Origin: an uncultured delta proteobacterium
Lineage (GTDB): Bacteria > Desulfobacterota > Binatia > Binatales > Binataceae
NCBI GenBank assembly: GCA_963808235.1
Contig: CAWEEQ010000004.1
Coordinates: 2,720,001 to 2,784,000, forward strand
Length of the DNA stretch: 64,000 nucleotides
Direction of reading: 5' to 3'
The notes beneath the pieces were generated by a model. The model did not search any database. It was given only the letters and a program-made list of their open reading frames with translations, and was not told the origin of the DNA. Below, piece after piece: positions 26,719-36,401 of the stretch. The stretch's first letter is position 1, and each line of letters begins with the position of its first letter. The position numbers and the translations under genes were made by a program.

Positions 26719-27357
26719 ATGGCACTTCACATCGGAAGCGTTGCACCGGATTTCACCCAGGAATCGACCGAAGGTCCGATCAATTTTCACGAATGGATCG
26801 GCGACAAGTGGGCGATCCTGTTTTCGCATCCCAAGGATTTCACCCCGGTCTGCACCACCGAGCTCGGCACCGTGGCCAAGCTCAAGCCCGAGTTCGACAA
26901 GCGCAACATCAAGGCGATCGGGGTGAGCGTCGACAACGTCGATTCGCACAAGAAATGGATCGGCGATATCGAGGAAACGCAGCATACGAAGCTGAACTTT
27001 CCGATCCTCGGCGACGCGGACAAGAAGGTCTCGACGCTCTACGACATGATTCATCCGGAGTGGAACGACACGCTGACGGTCCGCTCGGTCTTCGTGATCG
27101 ACAACAACAAGAAGATTCGCCTGACGCTGACCTACCCGGCGAGCACCGGCCGCAACTTCCAGGAAATCCTGCGCGCGATCGACTCGTTGCAGTTGACCGA
27201 CAAGTACCAGGTTGCGACGCCCGCCGACTGGAAGAAGGGCGAGGACTGCATAATCGTGCCGGCGCTGCAGGACGAGAAAGTGCTCAAAGAGAAGTTTCCG
27301 AAGGGCTACAAGGTAGTGAAGCCGTACCTGCGCATCACGCCTGACCCGAGCAAATGA
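26719..27357 (+). CDS. 1-Cys peroxiredoxin (Prx6)
   Basis: FSHPKDFTPVCTTELG, YPASTGRNF and VATPADW. Confidence 0.95.
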   Translation: MALHIGSVAPDFTQESTEGPINFHEWIGDKWAILFSHPKDFTPVCTTELGTVAKLKPEFDKRNIKAIGVSVDNVDSHKKWIGDIEETQHTKLNFPILGDADKKVSTLYDMIHPEWNDTLTVRSVFVIDNNKKIRLTLTYPASTGRNFQEILRAIDSLQLTDKYQVATPADWKKGEDCIIVPALQDEKVLKEKFPKGYKVVKPYLRITPDPSK

Positions 27358-27380
27358 ACGCTTGAAAATTGACGAAAAGG

Positions 27381-27414
27381 GAACGGCTCCCGCGTCGGGA
27401 GCCGTTTCTGTTTC
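27381..27414 (+). terminator. Intrinsic terminator after the peroxiredoxin gene
   Basis: Stem AACGGCTCCC/GGGAGCCGTT followed by TCTGTTTC. Confidence 0.7.
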
Positions 27415-27460
27415 GCGATGGTTTGACAACGGCGGCGGCGCACCGGAGAATTGAGGTCAA

Positions 27461-27664
27461 ATGGCACGAATAACCGTAGAAGATTGCCTCGATAATATTC
27501 CCAACCGCTTCGAGCTGGTGCTCGGGGCTGCGCGCCGCGCAAAGCAACTCCTGAAGGGTGCGCGGCCGCTGGTGGAATCGGACAATAAGGAAGTGGTCAC
27601 GGCGTTGCGCGAAATCGCGGCGGGCAAGGTGACGATCGAGGAACCCGAAGCGACTTCAGAGTGA
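27461..27664 (+). CDS. rpoZ: RNA polymerase omega subunit
   Basis: Reads [10 protein letters not shown]...[16 protein letters not shown]...TALREIAAG. Confidence 0.97.
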   Translation: MARITVEDCLDNIPNRFELVLGAARRAKQLLKGARPLVESDNKEVVTALREIAAGKVTIEEPEATSE

Positions 27665-27833
27665 CGGTTTGCGAATGACCGCCGATGCGCGCACGATTTA
27701 TCCGATCGTAACAGCGGCGTAGGCGCGTTGAATCCATTATCGCAACTAGTTGAATAGCCTCGGCGACCACAGTCACTCAGGACTGCACCCGTCTCTATCG
27801 AATCGTGAGCGTTGGCCGAGCTGGAGCCAGCCT

Positions 27834-28958
27834 GTGGCGCGCAAACCTGGCAAACCAATCCGAGCGAAGACTGCGGCGAAGCGTGCCGGAAAGACGGTCG
27901 TCGATTCGCGCGCCGAGGTTCGTCCCAAGCCGACGGTCGCCGAGATTGCGCCAGACTTCGAGTCCGCTGACAACAACGACGCACCGATCGAAGTATCTGA
28001 TTTTCATCCGGTAGATAGCGCGCACGACGACGCGGAAGAAGTCGGCGAAGCGACGCTCGAGACCGAATCGCACGACGGCGCGCCCTCCGCCAAAGATGCC
28101 GGCGCGGTCGTACCGGTCGATCCGCTGAGCCGTTACCTGGCGGAGATTCGCCGATTCCCATTGCTGTCACGCGAAGAGGAGTCGGAGATCGCGCGGCGTT
28201 ACGTCAAGAAAGGAGATCCCGCGGACGCGTACCGGCTGGTCACCGCGAACCTGCGACTGGTCGTGAAGATAGCGTTCGAGTTCGCGCGCGCCACTAAAAA
28301 CGCACTCGATCTGATCCAGGAAGGCAATGTCGGCCTGATGGAAGCGGTCAAGAATTTCGATCCCGAGCACGGGGTCCGCTTTCCGTCCTACGCGGTCTGG
28401 TGGGTGCGCGCGTATATCTACCGCTACCTGATCAATAACTCGCGGCTGGTGAAGATCGGCACCACGCAGGCACAACGCAAGCTGTTTTTTAATCTGCGCA
28501 AAGAAACTGAGCGGCTGGAGCGCGAGGGCTTCAAGCCGCAACCGCTGCTGTTGGCGCATCGCATGGGCGTCAAGGAGAGCGAGGTGCGCGAGATGCAGGA
28601 GCGGATGGGCCAGAGTGAAGTCTCCCTAGATCAACCGGCCGGCGCGAGCGAGGAGACGCGGCTGCTCGATGTGATTCCCGACTCCGGGCACAATCCGGAA
28701 ACAGAAACCGCGAACCGCGAATGGCGCGATTTTGCGCGCGAAAAGGTCGAGCAGTTCGCCGCGCAGCTCGACGGCAAGGAACTCGAAATCTTCAACGCGC
28801 GGTTGCTCGCCGAAGATCCCGAGACGCTGCAGGAGATAGGCGCGCGATTCGGAATCAGCCGCGAACGCGTCCGCCAGATCGAAACCCGGCTCAAAAGGCG
28901 GCTGAAGGAATTTATCGAAGCCGCGGCGCCCGATGTCGACGATTCGGGACCTTCGTGA
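27834..28958 (+). CDS. rpoH: RNA polymerase sigma-32 factor
   Basis: DLIQEGNVGLM, the RpoH box QRKLFFNLR and TLQEIGARFGISRERVRQIE. Start (GTG) inferred. Confidence 0.9.
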   Translation: MARKPGKPIRAKTAAKRAGKTVVDSRAEVRPKPTVAEIAPDFESADNNDAPIEVSDFHPVDSAHDDAEEVGEATLETESHDGAPSAKDAGAVVPVDPLSRYLAEIRRFPLLSREEESEIARRYVKKGDPADAYRLVTANLRLVVKIAFEFARATKNALDLIQEGNVGLMEAVKNFDPEHGVRFPSYAVWWVRAYIYRYLINNSRLVKIGTTQAQRKLFFNLRKETERLEREGFKPQPLLLAHRMGVKESEVREMQERMGQSEVSLDQPAGASEETRLLDVIPDSGHNPETETANREWRDFAREKVEQFAAQLDGKELEIFNARLLAEDPETLQEIGARFGISRERVRQIETRLKRRLKEFIEAAAPDVDDSGPS

Positions 28959-29038
28959 TTGCGATACTGACCCATTGCCGCTGACGGGCGCGACGGCAAT
29001 AATGCTCTTGAGGCGGATCGCGCGGGCGTCGAATCGAA

Positions 29039-29770
29039 ATGCGAGAACGCAGTTGCGCGCTGGTGGTGGTGGGTAACGAAATCCTTTCCGGCAAGGTGCA
29101 GGACTCGAACGCGTACTTCGCGGCGCGCGAGTTGCGCAAAATCGGCGTCGCGCTTGCCCGTATCGCTACTATCCCTGACGAACTCGCCCTGATTGCGGCT
29201 GAAGTCTCGCACTGTTCGCGCAATTTCGATTTCGTGATTACCTCGGGCGGAGTCGGGCCCACCCACGACGACCTCACGATGGAGGGCGTAGCGCGCGCGT
29301 TCAATCGGCGCCTGGTGATGCATCCCGATCTCGAGCGCCTCATTCGCGAACATTTTCGCGAGCGCTCGCTCGAGGCGGGCCTCAAGATGGCTGAAGTGCC
29401 AGAGGGCGCGGTTCTCAATGAAGGCGGCGACCTCAGGTTTCCAACCGTGCAAATCGAAAATGTCTACGTGCTGCCGGGAATCCCGCAATTGTTCGAGGCG
29501 AAGCTGCTCGCGCTCAAGAGCCGTTTCGCGACCGACCCGTATTTCATGCGCGCGATCTATTTGAGCGTCGGCGAGGGTACGATTGCCGACGATCTGAACG
29601 ATTGCATGCGCAATTTTCCCGAGCTGATGCTCGGCTCATATCCAAAGATCGGAAACCCCGCGTATCGCGTGAAGCTGACGCTCGAATCGAAGGACGCCGA
29701 ATATCTCGAGCGCGCATTTAATCATCTGATGCGGCTGCTGCCGGCCGAGGCGGTGGTCAAAACCGAATAG
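29039..29770 (+). CDS. CinA N-terminal/MoCF-domain (COG1058) protein
   Basis: VGNEILSGKVQDSN, TSGGVGPTHDDLT and VLPGIP. Confidence 0.88.
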   Translation: MRERSCALVVVGNEILSGKVQDSNAYFAARELRKIGVALARIATIPDELALIAAEVSHCSRNFDFVITSGGVGPTHDDLTMEGVARAFNRRLVMHPDLERLIREHFRERSLEAGLKMAEVPEGAVLNEGGDLRFPTVQIENVYVLPGIPQLFEAKLLALKSRFATDPYFMRAIYLSVGEGTIADDLNDCMRNFPELMLGSYPKIGNPAYRVKLTLESKDAEYLERAFNHLMRLLPAEAVVKTE

Positions 29771-29802
29771 GCAATTCAACTCTGGCGGTGGTGGAGGAAA
29801 TC

Positions 29803-30369
29803 ATGAGAAAGGAAATTTTGCGGACAGTAACGATCGCGCTGGCATTGGCGCTCACGATGGCAATCTTCGCGCCGGAGTATGCGTCGGCGCAGCAACCAAA
29901 CACCGGCGCGCCGACGACGGCTGTGGAGCAGCCGCAAGAGGGGGGCGTGAACTGGTCGGGCACCGGCTACGGCGTCGGGGCGTTGTTCGCGAACATATTG
30001 TATGTGCCCTTCAAGCTGACCTACGCGATTCTCGGCGGCATCGTCGGTGGCGGCACCTATCTCGTAACCGCGGGAAACACGCAGGCGGCCGACACGGTCT
30101 GGCGCAGCGCATTTGGCGGTGACTATGTAATTACGCCGCAGATGTTGGCAGGGCAGCAGCCGATAAACTTCAGCGGCCCGACCGGCACCCCGCAGGAAAA
30201 TACCGCTCCGGCGCCCGCGATGAGTTCGACGAATAACGGCACGATCGCACCGATGGCGCCGCTGCCATCGTCAGGTTCGTCTGTCTCGGGTTCGTCTGCG
30301 TCGGCATCGTCGTCAGGGCAGCCGCTCGATCACGGCAGCGGTCCCGCGAACCCCGCGAATATTGAGTAG
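29803..30369 (+). CDS. Hypothetical exported/membrane protein
   Basis: RBS GGAGG, signal peptide, hydrophobic hairpin and a Ser/Pro-rich tail. Confidence 0.65.
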   Translation: MRKEILRTVTIALALALTMAIFAPEYASAQQPNTGAPTTAVEQPQEGGVNWSGTGYGVGALFANILYVPFKLTYAILGGIVGGGTYLVTAGNTQAADTVWRSAFGGDYVITPQMLAGQQPINFSGPTGTPQENTAPAPAMSSTNNGTIAPMAPLPSSGSSVSGSSASASSSGQPLDHGSGPANPANIE

Positions 30370-30413
30370 GCCGCAGGTTCACAGCTGCGCGCTGGTAAGT
30401 CGGAGAATTTTCC

Positions 30414-30764
30414 ATGCGGAAGATCCGTTTTATCTGGAAGTCCACGTGAACGACCTGCCGCGACGCAAGAAGTTTCTTGCGTAAGGAACTCGGCGCCGAA
30501 CTCGACGAGCGCGACTACGCGAAGACGGCGCTGAGCGCGGTCGAGCTAAAGGATCTGTTTGCGGATCGCGATCCGCGGGATTTTCTGAATCCACGCAGCC
30601 CGGCGTTCAAGGCGATGAATCTCACGGGCAAAAATCTAAGCCGCGAACAGGCAGTGGCGCTGATGGCCAAGGAGCCAAATCTGATCAAACGGCCCATCGT
30701 TATCGCGGGCAAGGAAATGATCGCGGGTTTCGATCGCGACCGGCTGCGAGCCGCGCTGAAATAG
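30414..30764 (+). CDS. ArsC/Spx-family redox protein, predicted selenoprotein (UxxC)
   Basis: RBS GGAGA and ATG 30414 give MRKIRFIWKST-TGA-TTCRDARSFL, in frame with ...EPNLIKRPIV...GFD. The TGA (30447-30449) sits at the first Cys of the CxxC motif. Confidence 0.88.
30463..30482 (+). promoter_or_regulatory. Bacterial SECIS element
   Basis: Perfect 8-bp stem ACGCAAGA/TCTTGCGT with an AGTT loop, about 21 nt downstream of the in-frame TGA. Confidence 0.8.
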
Positions 30765-30853
30765 CGCCGGCGCAGTATCGGACGCCTCCGCTTAGGCGTG
30801 CAATAGTACCCCGAGCGGTGCTATTTCCTGAACGACATCAGGAGTTTTTTATC

Positions 30854-32271
30854 ATGGCATTTTCCAACGATCTTTTTTTCGCTCCGGCTCATCACTCGCC
30901 GCGATGCTGCGCAAGCGAGAGGTTTCGTCGGCGGAGATGGTGTCTGCTTTCATCGAACGGATCGAGTCGGTGAACCATGGTCTGAATGCGGTCGTGACGC
31001 TGGTCGAGGAACGCGCCGCGCGCGAAGCGGAAGATTCCGACCAGCGTCTTGCGGGCAAGGGCGACGTTCGTCCGCTCGAAGGGTTGCCGATCACGATAAA
31101 GGATTCGGTGATGACTGAGGGCGTCCGCTCTACCGACGGGATGAAGATATTCGAGCATCACGTTCCGAAGCGCGACGCGCCAACGGTTGCACGGCTGCGC
31201 GCGGCCGGCGCGGTAATTATCGCGAAGACCAACCTGCCTGAGATGGCGATGGATTATGACTGCGACAATCCGGTCTTCGGCGCGACCAATAATCCGTGGA
31301 ATCGCGAGCGGGTCCCCGGCGGATCGAGCGGCGGTGAGGCGGCGGCGCTGGCGGCCGGGATGTCGCCACTCGGCCTCGGCTCGGACTACGGCGGCTCGAT
31401 TCGGGTCCCGTCCCATTTCTGCGGCACCGTAGGTTTGAAGCCGACTTGGGGCACGATTCCGGGCACCGGTCATATGCCGCCCGGCGAAGCGGCGGCGCCG
31501 GGAATCGCGCACATGGCAACGGTCGGGCCGATGGCGCGCTTCGTCGACGATCTCACGCTCTCGTACAACATCATACGGGGAGCGCATCCGGGCGCGCTTT
31601 ACACGGTACCGACGAACGAGGCGCATCCCGAGAAAGTCGATCTGAAGAAGATTCGCTGCGCGATCTTCACCGGCGCGGGCGAGGTCCCGGTCGCATCGGA
31701 TATTCGCACCGCGATCGAACGCGCGGGCAAGGAGCTGCAGAAGGCGGGAATCGCGGTTGACGAAGTGAAGCCGCCCGTCGATGACGGCGCGCGAATCTGG
31801 TGGGAATACGCGATGGCTGACGGCAATCAGCTCCTGAACGAGGCGCTCGGCGACAATCTGAAGCTCGCGCGCGAGCGCTTCCGCAACGCCTGGGCGGTCA
31901 CTCCGGGCAAGTCGGCGGCCGAGTACTTCAAGATCTCGATCGCGCGCGACGTATGGCGGGTCAAGCTGGCGGAGTTCATGGAGCGCTACCCGATAATTCT
32001 CGGCGCACCGTTTTGCGTCACCGCGTTCAGGCACGGCGAGGTTGAAGTCGACATCGACGGCAAGAAATTCCCGCTGTTCGGATCGAACTGGCCGGCCTTG
32101 TGGGTGAACTGCGCCGGACTGCCGGGCGCGGTCGTTCCGGCCGGGAAAGATCGGGACGGCCTTCCGATCGGATTGCAGATCGTGGGCCGCGCTTTCGGCG
32201 AGGAAACCGTTCTCGCAGTGGCCAAAGCCGCAGAGACCGCGCTCGGCGGATTCAAGCGACCGCCGCTCTAA
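30854..32271 (+). CDS. Amidase signature family protein, with a 1-nt frameshift near 30890
   Basis: GLPITIKD, PGGSSGGEAAA and GSDYGGSIRVP. RBS AGGAG and ATG 30854 lie one base out of frame with ORF 30904-32271. Confidence 0.9.
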
Positions 32272-32274
32272 TGG

Positions 32275-33442
32275 TCAGACGGCGAATCCGCCGCCGCGGC
32301 CCAAGAGTGACGCGCCTGCGGCTGAGAGCCATGACTCGGCGACCGCAGCGTGCTGGGTCAGCGTCTGAATGTCGCGCATGCATCGCTGGAGCGGGGAGCC
32401 GTCGTATGGAGAGGTGCCGCCGCCCGCTTTGTAGCATGAGTCGACCAGCGCGGCCGCGGTATGCGTTGCCCAGTTAATCGAGCCCATAACTATCGCCCGA
32501 TCGGTCGGCGAAACCGGCTCACCCGCGAGTGCGTGATTCCAAACATCCTCGGCCTGGCTGCGAAGAAGGCCGCGCGCGGCGCGCAGACTCGCATCCGCGT
32601 GCCCCACGCGATACTGAAATAGCGCAGAGTCGGCGAGCGACGAACTTGCGTAGAGGCGGCGCTTGTTGGTGTTGGCAAGCGTGACGATCTCGGTGACGGC
32701 GCGCTGCGCAATTCCGATCGCGACGGTGCCGATGTGCAGCGCCGCATAGAGAAGCGGCTCCGCCGTCGAGGGACCCGGAATCGAGCTGCGGCCGAGGAAA
32801 ATATCGAAACTGTCGTCGGCCGGCACCATGATATTTTCCACCGCGATGTCGTGGCTGCCGGTGCCGCGGAGTCCATTGACCGACCAGGTATCGAGGATTT
32901 GCGCTTTGCCTGGCGCGAACATCATCGCGCGAACTTCCGGCGCTCCCGGAGCGGCGCCGGGACGCGGACTTTCCATTCTCGGTCACTACGCAGTTGCCGA
33001 ATAGCCACTGGCTATGCTGACATCCGCTCGCGAATCCCCATCGCCCCATGACGCGATACCCATGTTCCGCAACTTCGGCCTCGCCGCGAGGCGCAAAGGC
33101 ACCCGCAATGATAACGTCGGGGCCCTTCGCATAGAGCCGGTCGAACTGCGAGCGTTCGAGCAGCGCCAGCAACATCGGCGTTTCGGATCCGATCATCACA
33201 ACCCATCCGGTGGAACCATCGGCGCTCGCGAGTGTCTCGATGATTTCCATGCTGGCGGGCACATCAATATCGAGGCCTGCGTGACTTTTGGGGACGAACA
33301 TGCGGAAGCATCCGGCTGCAGTGAGTTGCGCGAGCAAATCGAGGGGGAGTCTGCGGCCGGAGTCGATCTCGGCGCTGCGTGAGCTGATCGATGGCGCGAG
33401 ATCGCGTACCGCTCCGAGCAGGGTTTTCGCTTCTGGTGTCAT
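32275..33442 (-). CDS. Acyl-CoA dehydrogenase-fold flavin monooxygenase (HsaA/NcnH-like), frameshifted near 32970
   Basis: DGSTGW, GRWGFASGCQHSQW, TWSVNGLRGTGSHD and LQRCMRDI, split across two overlapping ORFs. Confidence 0.85.
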
Positions 33443-33566
33443 GCGCCTGATCTAACTGACGGCATTGCCGAGCGCCAGAACGGGTGTTTCACTGATTCAC
33501 ACTGGGAGAAACGACAGCGGCCAGGTCATCGTGACCCAGCCGCCCATGGTCGATCGTCAATTAGGA

Positions 33567-34571
33567 CTATGCCGACTTCTCAGCCTTTTCTGCGCGATCC
33601 GAATTGCCGTCGGCGCGCTCGCCACGGTCCATTCGCTCGCTGCGTGCGGTACGTTCCGCTTTCTCGCGGCCGGCGCCGGCTTTGGGAGAAATCCCGCTCG
33701 TGGTCAGCACCTCGATGAACTTGCGCACCGCGGGCGAGAGCTCGCGTCCGCGCTTGTAGATGATCGCGAGCGGCCGGAGGAAGGTGCCCTCCTGGAACTC
33801 GAGCATCTTGAGGGTGCCACGCATCACCTCGTTCTCGATAGTCATCCGCGGCACGATCGCGCATCCGAGCCCGATCTCCACGGCGCGCTTGATAGTCTCG
33901 ATATTGTCGAACTCGAGCGCGTAGTTCGGCTTGACGCCGTGATCGCGCAGAATCCGATCGGAGGCCTTGCGGGTCGGCATGTCGCGTTCGTACCCGACGA
34001 ACTTCTGCCCCTGCAACTGCCCGACGGCGACCTTGCTGTGCTTGGCAAGCGGATTGTCGGGCGGAACGCATAGCACGAGTTCGTCATGGCGAAACGCGAC
34101 CGCCACTATCTGGCTGCGCTTGGCTGGATAGGCTACGACGCCGAGATCGACTTTGCCCTCGATGAGGTCCTCGTAAATTTTGTTTGAGCGCAGGTACTCG
34201 AGATGCACATTGACTGCCGGGTAGGTGCGCAGAAACTCAGTCAGATAAGGCGGCAGCTCGTGCAGACCGACGCTGTACACGGTGCCGACGCGAATCGAGC
34301 CGGCGACCACCGAGCCGATTTCGCGGAGCCGATTCTCGAGTTCCAGGAATCGGCGCACGATCTCCTTGCTGGCGGTGTATAGAATCTGTCCCGCCGGGGT
34401 CGGTTTGACTCCGGCGCGTCCGCGTTCTATCAATCGGCAGTCGTACTTCTCTTCGAGACTTCGGACCTGCTGGCTGACCGCCGACTGGGTAACGAAATTT
34501 TGCGAGGCGGCATAAGAAAAGCTTCCACTTTCGATTATGTCGCAGAAGACCTTTAGCGTTTCAATGTGCAT
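33567..34571 (-). CDS. LysR-family transcriptional regulator
   Basis: HTH MHIETLKVFCDIIESGSFSYAASQNFVTQSAVSQQVRSLE plus a substrate-binding domain. Confidence 0.95.
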   Translation of the reverse strand: MHIETLKVFCDIIESGSFSYAASQNFVTQSAVSQQVRSLEEKYDCRLIERGRAGVKPTPAGQILYTASKEIVRRFLELENRLREIGSVVAGSIRVGTVYSVGLHELPPYLTEFLRTYPAVNVHLEYLRSNKIYEDLIEGKVDLGVVAYPAKRSQIVAVAFRHDELVLCVPPDNPLAKHSKVAVGQLQGQKFVGYERDMPTRKASDRILRDHGVKPNYALEFDNIETIKRAVEIGLGCAIVPRMTIENEVMRGTLKMLEFQEGTFLRPLAIIYKRGRELSPAVRKFIEVLTTSGISPKAGAGREKAERTARSERMDRGERADGNSDRAEKAEKSA

Positions 34572-34815
34572 ATGACTCGATTGATGTATAAGGCTACGTG
34601 ATACCCAAAAGCGAGGCAATGACAAGCGGGCCTAAGGAGTCTGCACCGGATAGAAAAGCTTGCGGAACCCGTAAGCCCTCGTCAATAGACGACAATACCG
34701 GCGCCAAGGATTCGGTCACCGAAAGAACCAATGACGATTTCGCGTCCGCTCTGGTCGTGGCATTCGGGAAATCGATACTCAGAGTATTATCAGGAAATCA
34801 GAAAGGGAGCGCAAG

Positions 34816-35985
34816 ATGGCGGATTTATTGAGAGACCTCGACTTTTTTCACTTAGACGATCTGCTCACCAATGAAGAAAAAATGGCGCGGGACACGACTA
34901 AGCGCTTCGTGGATCGCGAAATTCTGCCACAGATCGAGCAGCATTTTGCGAAGGAATCATTCCCGATGGCCCTAGTGCCGCAAATGGCCGAATTGGGAAT
35001 GTTCGGCGCGAATTTAAAGGGCTATGGATGTGCCGGCATGAACAACGTCGCCTATGGGTTGATCATGCAGGAACTCGAGGCGGGCGACTCGGGACTGCGC
35101 TCGTTCGCGTCGGTGCAAAGCGCGCTTTCGATGTACGCGATTTATGCCAACGGCAGCGAAGAACAGAAGCAGCGCTACTTGCCGGAAATGGCCAAGGGAA
35201 AATTGATCGGATGCTTCGGGCTGACCGAGCCGGACCACGGATCCGATCCAGGCGGAATGGAAACGCGCGCGCGGCGCGACGGCGACGGGTGGATTCTCAA
35301 CGGTACCAAGCGCTGGATCACGAACGGCTCAATCGCCGACGTGGCGATAGTATGGGCGAAGGTCGATGAGGGTATCACCGGATTCCTGGTCGAGAAAGGG
35401 ACGCCCGGATTTTCGACCCGCGACATCCATGGAAAATTTTCGATGCGCGCGTCGATCACGTCGGAGCTGATTTTGGAGGACGTGCGAATTCCGAAGACTG
35501 CGCATCTGGAAAAAGCGCGTGGGCTGAAGGGTCCGCTCGGATGTCTTACCCAGGCGCGCTACGGAATCGCGTGGGGCGCAATCGGCGCGGCGCGATCGTG
35601 CTACCAATGCGCGCTCGATTACACGAAATCGCGCAAGCAGTTCTCGCGGCCGCTGGCCGGCTATCAACTGGTGCAGGCAAAGCTGGTCAAGATGCTGACC
35701 GAGATCACCAAGGCGCAGATGGTTTGCCTGCGACTGGCGCATCTTAAGGATCAGGGCAAGATGCGTCCGGAGCACGTTTCGTTTGCGAAACGGAACAACG
35801 TTAACGAAGCGCTGAAGATAGCGCGCGACGCCCGCGACATGCTGGGCGCCAACGGAATCGTGAATGAGTACCCGGTCATCCGTCATATGCTCAATCTGGA
35901 GACGGTGAACACGTACGAGGGCACCTTCGACGTCCATACGTTGATTTTGGGCCGCGATATCACAGGCGAGAGTGCGTTCGACTAG
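34816..35985 (+). CDS. gcdH: Glutaryl-CoA dehydrogenase
   Basis: ELEAGDSGLRSFASVQS, GCFGLTEPDHGSDP and NLETVNTYEGT. Confidence 0.9.
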   Translation: MADLLRDLDFFHLDDLLTNEEKMARDTTKRFVDREILPQIEQHFAKESFPMALVPQMAELGMFGANLKGYGCAGMNNVAYGLIMQELEAGDSGLRSFASVQSALSMYAIYANGSEEQKQRYLPEMAKGKLIGCFGLTEPDHGSDPGGMETRARRDGDGWILNGTKRWITNGSIADVAIVWAKVDEGITGFLVEKGTPGFSTRDIHGKFSMRASITSELILEDVRIPKTAHLEKARGLKGPLGCLTQARYGIAWGAIGAARSCYQCALDYTKSRKQFSRPLAGYQLVQAKLVKMLTEITKAQMVCLRLAHLKDQGKMRPEHVSFAKRNNVNEALKIARDARDMLGANGIVNEYPVIRHMLNLETVNTYEGTFDVHTLILGRDITGESAFD

Positions 35986-36020
35986 CAGGCCTCGGAGAGA
36001 GTAATTTCCAGATCGGAGAA

Positions 36021-36389
36021 ATGACTATGATCAAATTGCGCGCGCTCAATCATGCGGCATTCAGAGTCAGCGACGTCGAAAAGGCGACCAGCTTTTACGA
36101 AAACGTGATCGGCTTGAAGCGGCTGCCGCGTCCGAACTTCGGCTTCGGCGGTGCGTGGTACGGGATCGGCAACAACGCGCTGCACATCATCTCGAGCGAG
36201 AATCGCGGCCAGAAACCCGACCCGCTTGGCGCACACGTTGCGTTCGATGTCGAAGATTTCGAAGAGACGAAGCGCACGCTCAAGGAAATGGGAATCGAGT
36301 TTCTCGAAGGGCCTAACATGGGCGCAGGCCGTCAACTGTGGGTGGTCGATCCTGACGGCAATACGGTCGAGCTAAGAACCGAGAAATAA
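36021..36389 (+). CDS. VOC/glyoxalase family protein
   Basis: LNHAAFRVSD, RPNFGFGGAW and DPDGNTVEL. Confidence 0.9.
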   Translation: MTMIKLRALNHAAFRVSDVEKATSFYENVIGLKRLPRPNFGFGGAWYGIGNNALHIISSENRGQKPDPLGAHVAFDVEDFEETKRTLKEMGIEFLEGPNMGAGRQLWVVDPDGNTVELRTEK

Positions 36390-36401
36390 AACGGCTCGTT
36401 C

